Program-made: the position numbers and the translations under genes | The notes under the pieces: generated by a model | Database searches by the model: none | The model's input: only the letters and a program-made list of their open reading frames with translations | Told to the model about the DNA's origin: nothing | From: Styela clava | Taxonomy: Eukaryota | DNA: 64,000 bases | Assembly (NCBI RefSeq): GCF_964204865.1 | Contig: NC_135256.1 | Coordinates: 13,268,001-13,332,000, forward strand | Direction: 5' to 3' | Shown here: positions 13,148-27,064 of the stretch, in pieces | Layout: every line of letters begins with the position of its first letter | How positions within the stretch are numbered: position 1 is the first letter of the stretch

Positions 13148-16013
13148 AACAAGAGAGCTATGCTCAAATATTTGGACACGTAAAGTCACATAACTTTGAT
13201 GACGTCATAGCGAAAAAAAAGTAATAGCCTTCTGGAGAAAATTTTTATCTTTAACCACTGAAAATTTTAAAGCAATTGGTCCAGTATTCGAAGAGAAAAG
13301 CGACTTTTTAAAAACGTGTCAAAGAACAAGAACAACAACAACAACATAATATTGAAACGATCGTTATGTCCACTACGTGTCCAAAAAAAGATGAGAGCTG
13401 AATTCACGGCGGCACCGGTACCTAACGTAGGTGCGGTACTGAGTTAGCAGTCAGCCAGCATCTTACCTGTACACTGTAGGCCATATAGGTAATTGATCAC
13501 AGAACAGTTGTTCCCTTGCAAATTTTATGTTGTTTACACTTTAGGACAGATAATTGATCACAGAACAATTCTTCCCTTTCAAATTTTATGTTGTTTCCAG
13601 TAGACTCTCATCAGAATAAACAAATATAGTAGGCTACAAGTGCTACAACGCTTGCATTACTGCACTGGTAGGACCGTGAAAGAATAAGTTACGGTAATTT
13701 CATTGTGGTAAGACACCGGTACCGGCACCAGTACCAGTATCGTACTTACGTACTGAGCTACCAGTACCGGTTAGCAGTCAGCCAGCATCTTACCTGTACA
13801 CTGTAGGCCATATACGGTAATTGATCACAGAACAGTTGTTTCCTTGCAAATTTTATGTTGTTTACACTTTAGGACAGATAATTGATCACAGAACAATTCT
13901 TCCCTTTCAAATTTTATGTTGTTTCCAGTAGACTCTCATCAAAATAAACAAATATAGTAGGCTACAAGTGCTACAACGCTTGCATTACTGCACTGGTAGG
14001 ATCGTGAAAGAATAAGTTACGGTAATTTCATTGTGGTAAGACACCGGTACCGGCACCAGTACCAGTATCGTACTTACGTACTGAGCTACCAGTACCGGTA
14101 CCGAACCTGTAGGTCTGATATTCCGTTCCGCATACGATAGGCTATAAAACTTGCATTGCAGCATTAGTAATACCGCGGAAGGAATAAGTCAATTTCACTG
14201 CGTTACGGTACCGGTATGGCAACTTACCAGTACCGACCTACAGTAGCTGTAGTACTGAGCAAGACAATTGATCGCGAAACCGCTTGAAATAAGTGTAAAA
14301 CAGTGTTCCCATGAGTAAAAATAAATACCGCGAAATTTTGTATGAAATATCATATCTCATAGGATTCATATAAAATTTAAGAATAAATAAAAGTAATAGC
14401 CTTCTGGGGAAAAATATAATCTTTACTCACTGAAAATTTCAAAGCAATTGGTCCAGTAATCAACGAGAAAAGCGATTTTTTCATAACGATACCAAGAAGA
14501 AGACAAATAAGAACAAGAACAACAAAAATACCAAAACGATCGTTATGTCCACTAACGTGTCCAATAATAAAACCTGCCTTAATTCAATCTAACAAGAGAG
14601 CAATGCTCAAATATATGGACACGCAGAACAATTCCCCAAAAATCATATGCGGTGACCAACGACTAACATACCGACGGTGACTTACCAGTACCTGTATCGG
14701 GGTACCGTGACGGTACAGGGACTGTCATAGATATTTTAGGTCCTGTGACAATTGAAACATCAGTTGAAATATCTCGTGATATGAGTCAATTATGTACCGT
14801 ATTATCGGATCAGGTACCGAACCACAGTCAAACATTTCACATAAAAACGATACTAAATAACATGCGTCAACTTAACACCAGCCGAATCGGGGTACAATTT
14901 TTGGTACAGTGACTGTCATAGCCGTTTAGGGCTGATGGACAATTCGAATACACGGACAACTCACCAGGCCTAGGGTGGTGTAGCCAGTCTGCGGACAATT
15001 TCATTCAAACCGCTATAAAACAAAAACCAATATATCTAACCCGTTAATTTTTTCACCGTGGGTGCATTGGCGGCATTTATTCTACACGCTAAACCTCGTA
15101 TTAACTTTCTACGACAAAGGGTTGAAGCTATACAAATCCCCAAAGTACGGCACTCGAAAGACGTATTTGCGACCGAACAACCAGTGTGCGACCACGGATT
15201 TCAAGCCTTGATCATCGTTTATGCTGCGTCGAGACTATCGCATACGCAGCCATACAGCAATCAAACAGACAAAACACGGTGGTCGCAAATTGTTGGTCTT
15301 GTGACAGCGTGAAAACATTGGGCTTCTAATTGCATTTCTGACCGTCATATATTTCAAGAACACGGTTATTTCGAACAAAACTCGTTAAATTATAAACAAA
15401 GCACCACATCACAGCAATCAAACAGACGAAAACACGGTGGCCGCAAATTGGTTGACAAAGATATTATCGACGTATCGGAAATGCACACCCCCTATTCCCC
15501 CTCCTTCAAATGTAGAAACGCGAAACTTTCAAATATGGTTAAAAGAAACACAACTCTACCCACCTGACAAGTTTCATCTTTTTATTTCTCATATTTGTAT
15601 GGATTTTCAAGCTTTTGACAGCTACGAGTTAGTTCAGTGTCACCGCGCTGTGTTACGGTACCAGAACTTCTCTATCTTTAGAAGGTCCTGTCTTGTGACA
15701 GCGTGAATTGAAATTGAAAGATGGTCCGTTGGACACAAAATGGCGTCCGATATCCGTAGAACGTTTAGTGACGTCATAGCAAACAAAAACAAATCTTACA
15801 GAGCTAACAGAAATATTTGAAATAAATAAAAGTAATAGCCTTCTGGAGAAAAATTTCATCTTCAACCACTGAAAATTTCAAAGCAATTAGTCCAGTAATC
15901 AAAGAGAAAAGCGACTTTTTAAAAACGTGTCAAAGAACAAGAACAAGAATAAGAACAAGAACAACAACAACAACATAATATTGAAACGATCGTTATGTCC
16001 ACTACGTGTCCAA
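13148..16013 (-). mobile_element. Head-to-tail array of three Helentron-associated (HINE-like) elements, family A
   Basis: Units 13148-13383, ~13384-14563 and 14591-16012 share a ~170-bp end block with an AAC/AAGAAC microsatellite ending in CGTGTCCA. The opposite end has TGGACACG (subterminal IR) and a GAGC-N3-GCTC hairpin next to AACAAG; this end is degenerate in unit 2. No TSD. Confidence 0.7.
13443..14099. repeat. Tandem duplication of a ~327-bp unit inside the HINE array
   Basis: GTTAGCAGTCAGCCAGCATCTTACC at 13443 and 13770; each unit carries an internal ~60-bp direct repeat (TAATTGATCACAGAACA...). Confidence 0.92.
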
Positions 16014-16414
16014 CAATATGTGAAGTACTATTTTATAGTAGGCCTATACCCGGGCTTGGATTTACCAATACAAAGAGTAGGCTGAAGCCCAAGGACGTTG
16101 AGCCGCTGGTTCGAGAATTTAATCGGTTTGAAATTTTATAAAACTGATATTGGTTTATTTTTTTTATCAGATACGGTCGAAAAAAATGAATTTGACTAAT
16201 TTTGAAAAATTCTTCCCCTTTAACTTTGAAACAAAAGATATTAAGTTAATCGAACAGTTTTACCCTAACAGTGCATTTATTTATTTTTTAAAGAATAAGC
16301 AAATATCAATCTATAGCTCTACCAATTTATCTAAGCGTTTTCACACAATTTAAGAATTCATTCATGACGTATTTATATCCTATTAGCTCCGCAAAACCTC
16401 CGTTTGTTTCACGA

Positions 16415-16618
16415 GGTTCCATTACATTTGAACCCACGTACATTTGAACCCATGACAATTGCACATGCATGCTATTGCACATATGAAAATTTTTTTTGTT
16501 CTACGGATAGTTGAACCCATACTAACCCTAACCCATGGGTTTTAGCACCCGAATATAGATTGAACCCGCGGATATACACGTGGGTTCAAATGTACATGGG
16601 TTCAAATGTACGGTCACC
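16415..16618. mobile_element. Short MITE with 9-bp TSD (Mutator-like)
   Basis: TACATTTGAACCCA repeats inverted at the two ends; perfect flanking duplication GTTTCACGA (16406-16414 and 16619-16627); internal CTAACCCTAACCC. Confidence 0.8.
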
Positions 16619-18928
16619 GTTTCACGATGATTGGCTTTTAATGGACGCGCGCTGCTTTTGCATCATAACATCCAAGTACATTCCCCCTAATCTCGGGTAC
16701 TAACAATTAGTTTTCCGCAATCATGACAAATCGAAAAAAATTACATATGAAGTCAAGTAGGCTACATGATGAATCTTGGGCTTACTTGAGTGTGTATTGC
16801 ACTTAGAGACATTAAAGGTCTTGGCTCACAGCTCTTTAAAAAAATGAATTGTGGCGTCAATATGAGAAGTACAGAGATCTGTCTGTCGATTTTCTTTCTA
16901 AATGTCAAAAAAAATACGCTGACTAGACTTTTTTGAAGAGAAAGAACATGGGGTTGGGCAAAATGGAATTAATCGTCCAGCTTCATGTGGAGGGTATCTT
17001 ACTCGCATTGTAAAGCAGTACGCATACTACCTTTTCTTATGATTATGCGATTTATCTGTTAATTTTTTTTTTAAAACTCGTCCTGTTACAGCGATTCGCA
17101 GTAGAAAGTGCATAAGCCCTAAACCAAGAGGGTGTGTTTTTGGGTATGCTACTTTGCAGCTTATTGTTTTCCCGCTTACAATGTCGTTTGGAAAGCGAAT
17201 TCTTTTAAACCTAAATATACGAAACCTGAACTAACAATGGGGAAAGATGGTAGTGACTTTAAATGCAGTTGGAAATTGATCGAAAAATATTTCGAAGATC
17301 TTTTGAAATCATAAAAATATTTGCCCTAGCATTATGAACGTATTTCAGTTATTCATATTCATGAATTTCCTAAAATCGAGAAGCAGAAACGCCAAGGATT
17401 ATGAGACGACTTGCAGAAGAGATGCAAAATCATGTTTCTCGTTGATGCAGATATTGTTTAAATATCTATGACCCACTGCCTTCTATTCCATATAATATAA
17501 TTTTTGCCCAATTCATTAAAAAAGGTTCGCCATCTCCGTCTATACTATTGCGTACAAGCGGCCTCAACCAGAATCAATGTTTCTCATCGAAACAATACAC
17601 AGAAACCGCTTTGAGGGCAAAATTAAAAACAGAAACACCCGTCAAAAAGAATCCAGTATTTTTTAAATGTGGCAGAAAGTCACCAAGTACTTGCCAACAT
17701 TCCGAACACATGAGCCACAGGGGATGAATATTAAGAAAGTTTAGATTAGGTATAAATCTTTCATTCATTGTTTAAATCATTTATTGTACTCAATGTTTTT
17801 CTCAGAATTGGATCACACATGACCAGACATAACATAACGTATATATTTACGCATCAACAGAACAAAAATCACCAAATTATAATTGACAAACAGACGACTT
17901 TTCTGGCCTGCATTATTCAATGCTGGAAAACACAAAACACCATTTTGATTTGGACTTTAATTGTTAAACATAAAACAAAGAGATCTCATCAATGATCTTT
18001 CATTTCAGTCACCCGATGTTATTTAATCAAGAATTCGTCGAATTTATTTATTATTTAACATGCGTAACTCACTTAGTTTAACACTGATTGTTTAAATATG
18101 CATGAAACTGTTTTTCTTGTTATAGTTGAACTATAAGGAAGTTGTCTGAAGAAGTCGTTACAAAAACGTTACATTACAGGTATATATTTGTGTTAGCGTG
18201 CAGCAAGATTCTTGAATCACTTAAAATATTCATCGTTAATCTCGCTACAGCATCCTTGTATTATATTCATACAGATCAACCGGCACAAAAGATTAGAAGA
18301 AGGATATAAGTAGTTAGTCCCACAGAAACCAAATCATAAAAAAAGACAGCGCAAAAATACAAACGTGTCGGGTTGTGACTAATCTCCCGCAGAAAAATAA
18401 CATACATAATAAGTTCATGTATATATTATATAATAAGTTTTTGCAAATTTTTTCCGTTAAATAGTTTTTAGTTAAATTTTCATTACACTATATATTATTT
18501 GAAATATAATTTCAGAATAAAATAATTTTTGATCGCCTATCATCTATTATTCCTCGCTTGTCATCAGATCTTTTGTGACCATGTTTACCTTAAATAAGTT
18601 TAACGTGGCTTTAAAAGATAAATATTTTAACGTCTTGTAGAAGATTGTGTTACAGTCGGTATTAAATTAGTTCTTGTCATGACGGTTCATACGCTTGTCA
18701 AGTTTTGCCATATTCCATCTATTTTTCATCAGTTTACTTTGAAATCCCACGAGAATAAAGTGAAATATACCCTAGATGACAAAATGATCTTTAATTGATC
18801 CGGACAAGCGAAGAGTGGGTTAGTGTCGTACCTCCAGACGACAAAGTTTAGTCTGCGTGGCTCCGTGGTTAGAAAAACATGCGAATATTCTTAACTGCTC
18901 GTTTCAACGTAAAGTGAAAGGTATTTTC

Positions 18929-21900
18929 ATGGATCTTAAAGCTATTTCCGATTTTCACCAAGGCCTGATTTACTCATCGAAGACGATGGAGAAAAATATC
19001 CGTCGGGACTGCTTGGGACATAATTATAATGGATATCTCATCGACCAAGGAATCAAAACTGGTGTTGCCGTTGCACCAACAAAGACAGTACGTTTTGTTG
19101 TATACACCTTGGTATTTTGCGTCGTTTCAACGGCAGTTACCACATGCGTGGTGGTATATCTAGGTGGGTATATATAAACGTTTAATTGTTTATAAAGGAC
19201 TTGAAACAGTGGTACTTTTTGGGTCGAAATGACTAAATTGAGGTTTGGACGGACGTGGATGCAGAAAACTAATTGTCACTCGTCATTATTTATGAACGCA
19301 TGGTATTTCCGAGGTTGAAATATCGAAACATATCCGTCGATGCACTCGTGGCGAACACGACATTACCAAATGTTACAATTTTATGGAGCTTAAAATTATT
19401 GATACATATACCCATTTATCATTTTAGACCCGTTTGTTCAAAATAATAATAAAGTGTTATGTCAATGACGTCATTCAGAAAATCTTCTTTGCAAAATGGG
19501 ACGCATGTGACGTCAAAGTTATTGTTCTCATTCTTTATGATAGTTTCGAATTTCATGATGGCTGACATTGATGAAAGCTGGAGTGAGCCTGAAATGAAAA
19601 CAACTTTATAAAATAAAATTTATAGTTCAGATATTTCAATTGAATAAGGTTTAAAAATGAAATTAAATTTAAATCAAGTGAGAAGTTGTACGAAAATTTA
19701 CACAATTTACTTCAGCAGTCGCACAAATGCTTTGTCATGGGCCCGTGGGTGGTAGTTTGCTCGTCCCCTTCTATTAGACGATCATTTGCATATTTTGTAA
19801 AACAATTGCTAAGTATATATAAACAGGACCTCTACTTTATTAAATCTTCAATACAGCGCGATAAACATTAGTCGTCATATAAATGCCTTTCCCTCTTCCA
19901 GAGATCGCACCGTGGTGATCCAATACGAGTTATAGTAAAATGAACTGCCCAAAATCATTTTAACAAAAAATATTTAGTTATCTTATGTTATGAAATCAAC
20001 ATAAAGTTTATGGAATATTTTGCTAAATCTATCTTTCAAGTATTTCAGTTTTTTCTTTATCATTTTAATTTGGATTTCCAGGAATTGAAAATTCTAAAAG
20101 AGAAATGGAATGTCGACAATTGCAACAAAACTTGGATTTCCTCAAACAAAGGTTACCCGTTGCAGAAGATGGTATAATAACCAAATCGATGTCAAAGAGT
20201 ACCGTTAGTTTATCTGTGCCGAATCGCAGCAATGAAAGAACATCACAGCAAACCTTTAAAGCAAACAGAAGAAGGAAATCGCCAAAACGAAATACAAGGA
20301 AAAAACTATCTAAGATGAAATTTAATATTTGGAGGTTATTTGTTTTGTTATTCGCTAATATGAATACTTAATAATAATAATAATAGAACAAGGCTAACAT
20401 ATGTGGACTTAACTTAACTACGTCAAAGTGCCTAACTTTGGATGAAATTACCCATTTGTCCAACACATTCCTCCAAGATACCCTCGTTTCACAAGCAAAT
20501 ATTGTGTTTGGTTCATATTGTATTTAAATATCGAGATAATCTTAAAGGTTGGAACGTACCCGAATTTATTCGACGGGAGGACGACAGGCAAGCGTGACGG
20601 AGGTGGTCACGCTTGACGAAATGAAAAAGTTGCAGAGGAGGTTTCCTTCCTCCAACAAAAACAGTCACCCAACAACATGACTAACAGAAATAATAACGAA
20701 TTAACATTACGCTTCATATAGACACTTTGTGTCCAATAATAACGATGATCTTACTACGGATTCAGAATTAAGATCTTGAATGTCGTCACTAAAACGTACT
20801 GTTGATATTACGGGAGACAGAATGACGCATACGATTTCGGAAGTTTATTCGCTTTATGTATGATCCTTTTGTGGTGCCACTACGATCATCTACGCAAAAT
20901 TTTTGTCAAAGTAAAACAATGGAAATATTTTGTAATTTGCTGAAGCGCCGTTTACAATTTTTAACGTTTGTTTTAATGAAGATTGGCTTTCGTTAAACCC
21001 TTTACGGAAAATTACGACTGGCATTGCAGGGGAACTTTATGGCCGAATCCGATCATGGATATATGTCATATATTCAAGCGAAACATCGCTTTAGCTTAGT
21101 ATCTTGGTTCCGCATGCGCCGAAGTTGAAGGTCAATGTATGAATGAAGGTCCAGTGGGAATAATTGAATGCTGTTTTGCAGTATCTTAGCAATCACAAAC
21201 CGTCGCTATAACAACTTGAACTTACCGTGACACAAAATTCAATAAATAAGTAAGAGTAGGCCTATACCCGACGATCCCAAATACATGACTGGATAGAACA
21301 AACGTATCTTATCAAAGCCGATCCGATCATCATAAAACATATAGCAAATTGACAAAGATAGTTTGAAATATTGAAATAAATTAGCCTTTATAAAAAATTT
21401 TTTTTATTTTTCCTCATCTAGGGGGCAGGTATATCATTGCTATCGGAAAACAGATGGTATATTATATAAATTTACACTAGGAAATGTTAAAATTATCCAC
21501 TTCATATTCGACAGTGAGGATTCTTCTGGTTCAATTGCTTCCGATGTTCGTAGATGTTTAGCTAGAATACAGAATCTCGAAGAACACCAAACCGAACTCA
21601 AAAATTCTCAAAGATTTTTACGGGAACAAATGGAACGTCGCCTAGCAAATGTTGAGAACCTAGTCCACAAGAAGAGTGAAAATAAAAGTAATATAATATA
21701 TTCAAACACAAATACAAAGTCGCAACAAATTTACCTCTTTTATATGATATAATATCTGTTAATTAAAACTATAAAGATATTGTCCTAACCAATGCTATGT
21801 AATCCCTCCGAGATATGTTATTTTTTTAATTTTTGGGAACTTTCCTCAATCAAAAATACATTGAACAATGTGAACTTAAATTGAATTTTGCCCATGGTTA

Positions 21901-22648
21901 TTGCGTAATTTGCTATGTTGTATAGTTTCTTTTTATTCATCATAAACTGAATAATTTGTAGTAGTAATAATAAAGAGGCGCAGGTCAATCAGCCGCAGCC
22001 GTTGAGAAACACTGCGTTGTGTATATTTGAGAGATATGTTCTCATTTTGATTGATTGTAATTATAATATAATAAAACCATGAACTATATATAATTATATA
22101 TCATATATTGTACAACATGATATTCGAATCCACGTGTTCGGCATTCCTGGCCTTTATACAGTGCATGGATTTTTTTTTTCATTTTTTTTTCTTTTTCAGA
22201 ACGTCTACCCGCGTTTTCCTCAATACTTTCTGGTAGGCTGACTCTTGAAAGTCATGAAATTCGCAACTACGACCTGACAAGACTTCTTCATTTTGATCAC
22301 GTGCTCATGAACGAAGGATCTGGTTACGACAACTCATCCGGCCAATTTGTTTGCCCACTAAAGGGAATGTATATTTTTCACCTTTTAGTCACGGTGACCA
22401 ACGAGAATACGGTTTCCGACAAAACTGTTCCAATGAGCAAGTGTACCATATCAATTGAAAACAATGGAGTGAGCGTAATTCAATCAAAGGCAGATAATGT
22501 GAGAAAATCAAACTTTATCGGTTACGAAACAATCAACCTCATCCTGGTTAAACGAATAAATAAAGACGACGTTGTTCAGACATTTGTGAAAGGTGGCTGC
22601 ATTGGTATGAAGAATTCCTATTTCCAGGGGTATTATTTGCGACATTGA
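18929..22648 (+). CDS. Type II transmembrane, coiled-coil, C1q-domain protein (~369 aa); exons 18929-19163, 20082-20334, 21515-21687, 22200-22648
   Basis: GT-AG junctions join in phase (1,2,1). TM segment FVVYTLVFCVVSTAVTTCVVVYL; coiled-coil exon 3; gC1q motifs PAFS...FDHVLMNEGSGYDNSSGQFVCPLKGMYIF and FQGYYL. Start codon uncertain. Confidence 0.8.
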
Positions 22649-23425
22649 CACGATAGAAACCATATTCAAAAAAGAAACAAATCTACTTTCCAAGTTTGTG
22701 TGACCGTTATATATTGTGCTTACCATATTTTATCGACGATGAAAAGTTTTTAAATGCACATGGTTACATATAATGCGAATGAATTACTGGACGAAATTAA
22801 GAATATTCCGACACATTGAATCGTCGCATATTTAATTCGTAAATTGGTAAAAAGAGGAATGTATCGCTATGTCATTTTCTCTTTGTGCGAGTAAGTGAAC
22901 ACGGCACAACAGTTTTGAACAAAGTAAAAAGCTAACTCTCGTTTGGTGTTCGATGGATGGATGCACGAAGATCGTTGCGCCGGACGAATGGCGGAAATTC
23001 GCCCGGCGCGCTGCCCCCGAAATCTGTTGACCATTGTGTAGTTTCAATAACACATCATGAAACGTTCACTTCTAATGAAAGTCGAGTTTTATGACGACAA
23101 TTTTTTGTCATAAACTCGACCTCAATGAAAGTTTCCCTGAGGATCCATTTCCTTGTTTATTTCGGTAACAACAACAAAAATCAGCAATAAGTTAACAATG
23201 ACTAGCAGCACTCGGTTTATTGTTTTGAAACGAAATGGTAGTTTTAAGCATGTGAGCTAGTTTGTAAGCGCCAACTCTTCAAAACATCTTAAAATCAGCG
23301 TTGAAAATGTTGTAATGATAAAGTATAGGGAGGATCTTTCAGAGGTTAAGAGTCGGCGAAACGTCCATTAGCTTGTATAACCCAAAAATGGCATCTCTAC
23401 CGAACACTTGTATCTATTTTTCATG

Positions 23426-23741
23426 ACTTATCGATTTTAATCGGTAAGTATGTTGATGGGTATTTGTCTGTCTGTCTGTCTGTCTGTATGTCGGTTTGTC
23501 TGTTAGATGCACGCGATATCTCACGAAAGCGAGATTGAATCTGCTCCAGATTTTGCATGTGCATTCATCTTATCTCGGACCAGAAGCCTATTGATTTTGG
23601 GCGAATTATGTCGTATAATTAGCGAGTTATTAATTAATTAGTGATGGGACACAAGGTGTCACTGTGGAGTAAGAGCGCTGTTTTGGGGGATCCCTTAACT
23701 TTCGATCGATAAGTCTTCGGTCTCTGACCGATATTCTCGTT
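23426..23741 (+). mobile_element. HINE/DINE-1-like Helentron derivative, family B
   Basis: Subterminal IRs ACTTATCGAT / ATCGATAAGT; (GTCT)n microsatellite near the 5' end; 3' hairpin TCGGTC-TCT-GACCGA; second copy at 61836-62217. Confidence 0.8.
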
Positions 23742-26700
23742 ATCGTATCTTTCAAATCAGGCTTCAAATGGCGGGAACGAAAAATGTGATACTGGAGGCA
23801 CTAGCGAAGACGCGCATAAGATCATACTAAATTGAACATGGCTTTAAGTGGAACCAAGACATTCGAGATATCTGAGGTGTATAACAAATATAGGTTTCAT
23901 ATACAGTAGAAACTAGAAAAAGCTTCCGAAACGAATTAATTTCGTAGGTAGAAAATTGAGTCAAAATTCCGTAAGAAAGGACGCATTCCACCCGTAAATG
24001 CCTTAATCCATTCTAAGCCCCCACAAAACTAGGATATAATACTTGTATAAATTAAAATAATGGTTAAAACCCGTAACAAATACATGTTAGAATTAGATTA
24101 CTGCATAATAAATATTAAAGATACACATGGAAAGAAGAAAGATAAGAGAAATGACGGGTAAAAACTACGAACAGTATGTTTGTTTACCTTTATTGTTGGC
24201 CGACTAGATTAGGCTAAGCGAAGACCGTGGAGCGTGGGAGGACGGCGATTGAAGGAAAGGACGGCGTTAAAAGCTGAGATAGAGCGTAATGTACAAAAAA
24301 GAGCACACGGACATAAAATTTAAAATTAGAGTTTACTCTTTTTCATTTTGCTTTTGTTTTGATTTTCCGTTTATTTTTTTGCTCACGAAACCATTCGTTG
24401 ATTCAGAAAAACGCAAATGTTATCACGCCGTCATCATATTCAAATGAGTGAACCAGATTCCCAAATTTCTATCCACCAATGATGGAGAATTAAGATCGTA
24501 AATCGTAATTTATTCAACTTTACACTTTGAGACGTTCCTGGTATTTGCAGATGATATGTGTACAGAGCGCAAGAACATAAAACCAGTACCGTACGCAAAT
24601 TGGTTCCACATTGATACCTGGTTTACCAATTGACAAATTAACCTTAAGTCGTAAAGTTACGGACTTGCGCAAGGTCTGCGAGACGACACATTTCAGGGTT
24701 TAACTAAATTTGATGTCTATCAAACGATAACCGTTTGAATTATCCCATTTCATGTTGAAGGACCCCACAGAATATGTTAACGTGCGCTAAAATTTTACAA
24801 TCCAACTCAGTTCATATGACTTACATCTTTTATTTAATTTATTCCCTGTAATAGAGAAAACATGAAGTTATTTACATTATTTTAAGCACGTGTTATCAAA
24901 ATAATATCCTAAAACATGGTTTCTGGCTGCAGTTTGCTTAAATAAGTCGGTAGTTTGCGAGAGCTACCATACGATTTTTTATCAATCTGAACTGGTGTTA
25001 ATCTATATATATATATCAGTAAATTTAAGGAATGTTGTTCATTTTCACCGAAACTGATTACAATTGCAATTCTGCTAATTTCCAACGCCTGTGTAGTGCT
25101 TTTATTCTGGATGGAACATGATGTAAATGTATTTTGTTAATGTGGATAGCGAACTTCGCAGGCAACAGAGAGAACCAACGTCAAACTGATGATCGGTCGC
25201 TATTCAAATATTTCAACAATCTCTATTCTTGATTATCACATCTTTGAAACAATGTTAAAAAAAACGGATAAAAAAAATGTGATTAGGACCCATTATCGAC
25301 CAAAATAAACAATATGACTTTGAGTAAAACAAAGACATTGCGGGGCACCTGTTCATATAACCTATCGATTCTTCACGTAAAAGATTCCTATTATTCGCAT
25401 TAACGATTCCTTGTTTAATGATTTTAATTTTGTAAATTGAATTTATGAATCAAAAGATTCTTGCCTTGAGTTACAACAGTTTTCGCATTACATTATCATT
25501 TTATTTTTATTACTTAATTTATTTTAAAATAAGAGTTCTCCATGTACAATTTTAAATTTCCTTTTTCTGAAATTATTAAAACCGGAAATCTGAATTGCTA
25601 AAACGCAATCATTTTGAGCTCTTATGAATCTTGGGTTAACACACGAAAAGTCCATTTTGTGACATGTACAAAATATATTTTAATTTGAATAGTTAGGACA
25701 ACTTAAGTAAAATTTAACTTATTGATTCAGATTAATTGAAAATATATTTCAAGGATTTTTGCTGTAACATTTTCCGATAATACAGTTAAATTTAAATGAA
25801 ATATAACTTTTAAGTGAAGATTTATGTTAACATAAACGACATATCACGGCTTTATTTTTAGAGCATCTATCGTGAATAACATTGTCATTAAATGCTTTTC
25901 AGGTTCTGATAAAAAAAATGACCAGATGGAATGTCTTTAAATCCCATAATCGACCAAAACAGCGGATAGCTTGACCCTTACTTTCTCACGACTTTTTGAA
26001 CACCACTAGCGCGAAACGAAGTGAACAGTCCAAGGTAAAAATTGGATGAATGGTATTAATAACCGGTAGACCTCGATATTCGCTCTAACATGTTGGGTCA
26101 ATCACAATAGCATGCTGTCCTATAATTTGGAGCATCTTTTCCAATCAAAGAATTTGGAATTCGGCTTCTTTTGCATTTTGGCTTCTACCATCAAGGCGGC
26201 CATTTCAATCCAAATCGGATGTACATCATTCGGTAATATTTCAATGTTATATTAGCATGGTTTCATTTCTTGTCAAGTTGCTTTATCCAGATAATCATTT
26301 ATCGACTCCAACAACATTGCGTTGCCTTGGCGACGCAAGCTGAAAATGTTTCCCCGCCGCTTCGATTTTGGAAGATAGTAAAGTGACTAACGTTGGAAGA
26401 TAGCAGAAATTCTAGAGCGCGTTCATTTGGTGAATGTGTGGATGGGAAATTGGTACGATGGCTTATTTATATGACGAACTGGAGAATTTGATCGATAGAG
26501 TTGTTAAATTACCAGGGCTAGTTTTGATATCAGAATATAGGGCTGTACAGCTGTAGGGTTTGAATTCCCGTTGCAATAGAGTACTTACTGATTTTGTACA
26601 GTTGTAGTTCATCATTTTGTTCTTTGAAGGGTCTGCAGTTTCTTGAATTTGGATCGTGTTTGTTTGTTTTTAATTTTGTCATTTTTTGCCATAGTAGTCC

Positions 26701-27064
26701 CAAGTTCAAAGAAAATTATCTATCTATTTATCTAAGGTACCAGTACTGCAGTAGTCTATGAATGAATTTAAAAAACGAATAAAACATAGTATTCAATAAC
26801 AATTGTAAATTGAGTAAATAATTAAAACTGGAGATATTCAAAATATTTTACTCTATGGTTGGAGTGATGGAACTTATTTTTTCTAACTTTTCGAACATGT
26901 TGGTTTACAGGTTGCTGGTTTTTTTTACCAGTTATTATCAGTCATGTAACTCATTATTCCACAAATTCTTGATTATTGATGGATTACACGAATATGTATG
27001 GAACATTAACTTTCTAGTATATTTCACCTACATAACATTTGCTTGTTGATGCTTATTGAAAGAT

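Noticed and set aside
25985-26160. Peroxiredoxin-like fragments on the minus strand (SLIGKDAPNY, SEYRG)
   Set aside because: Different frames, stop codons, wrong spacing and no catalytic motif; compatible with chance.
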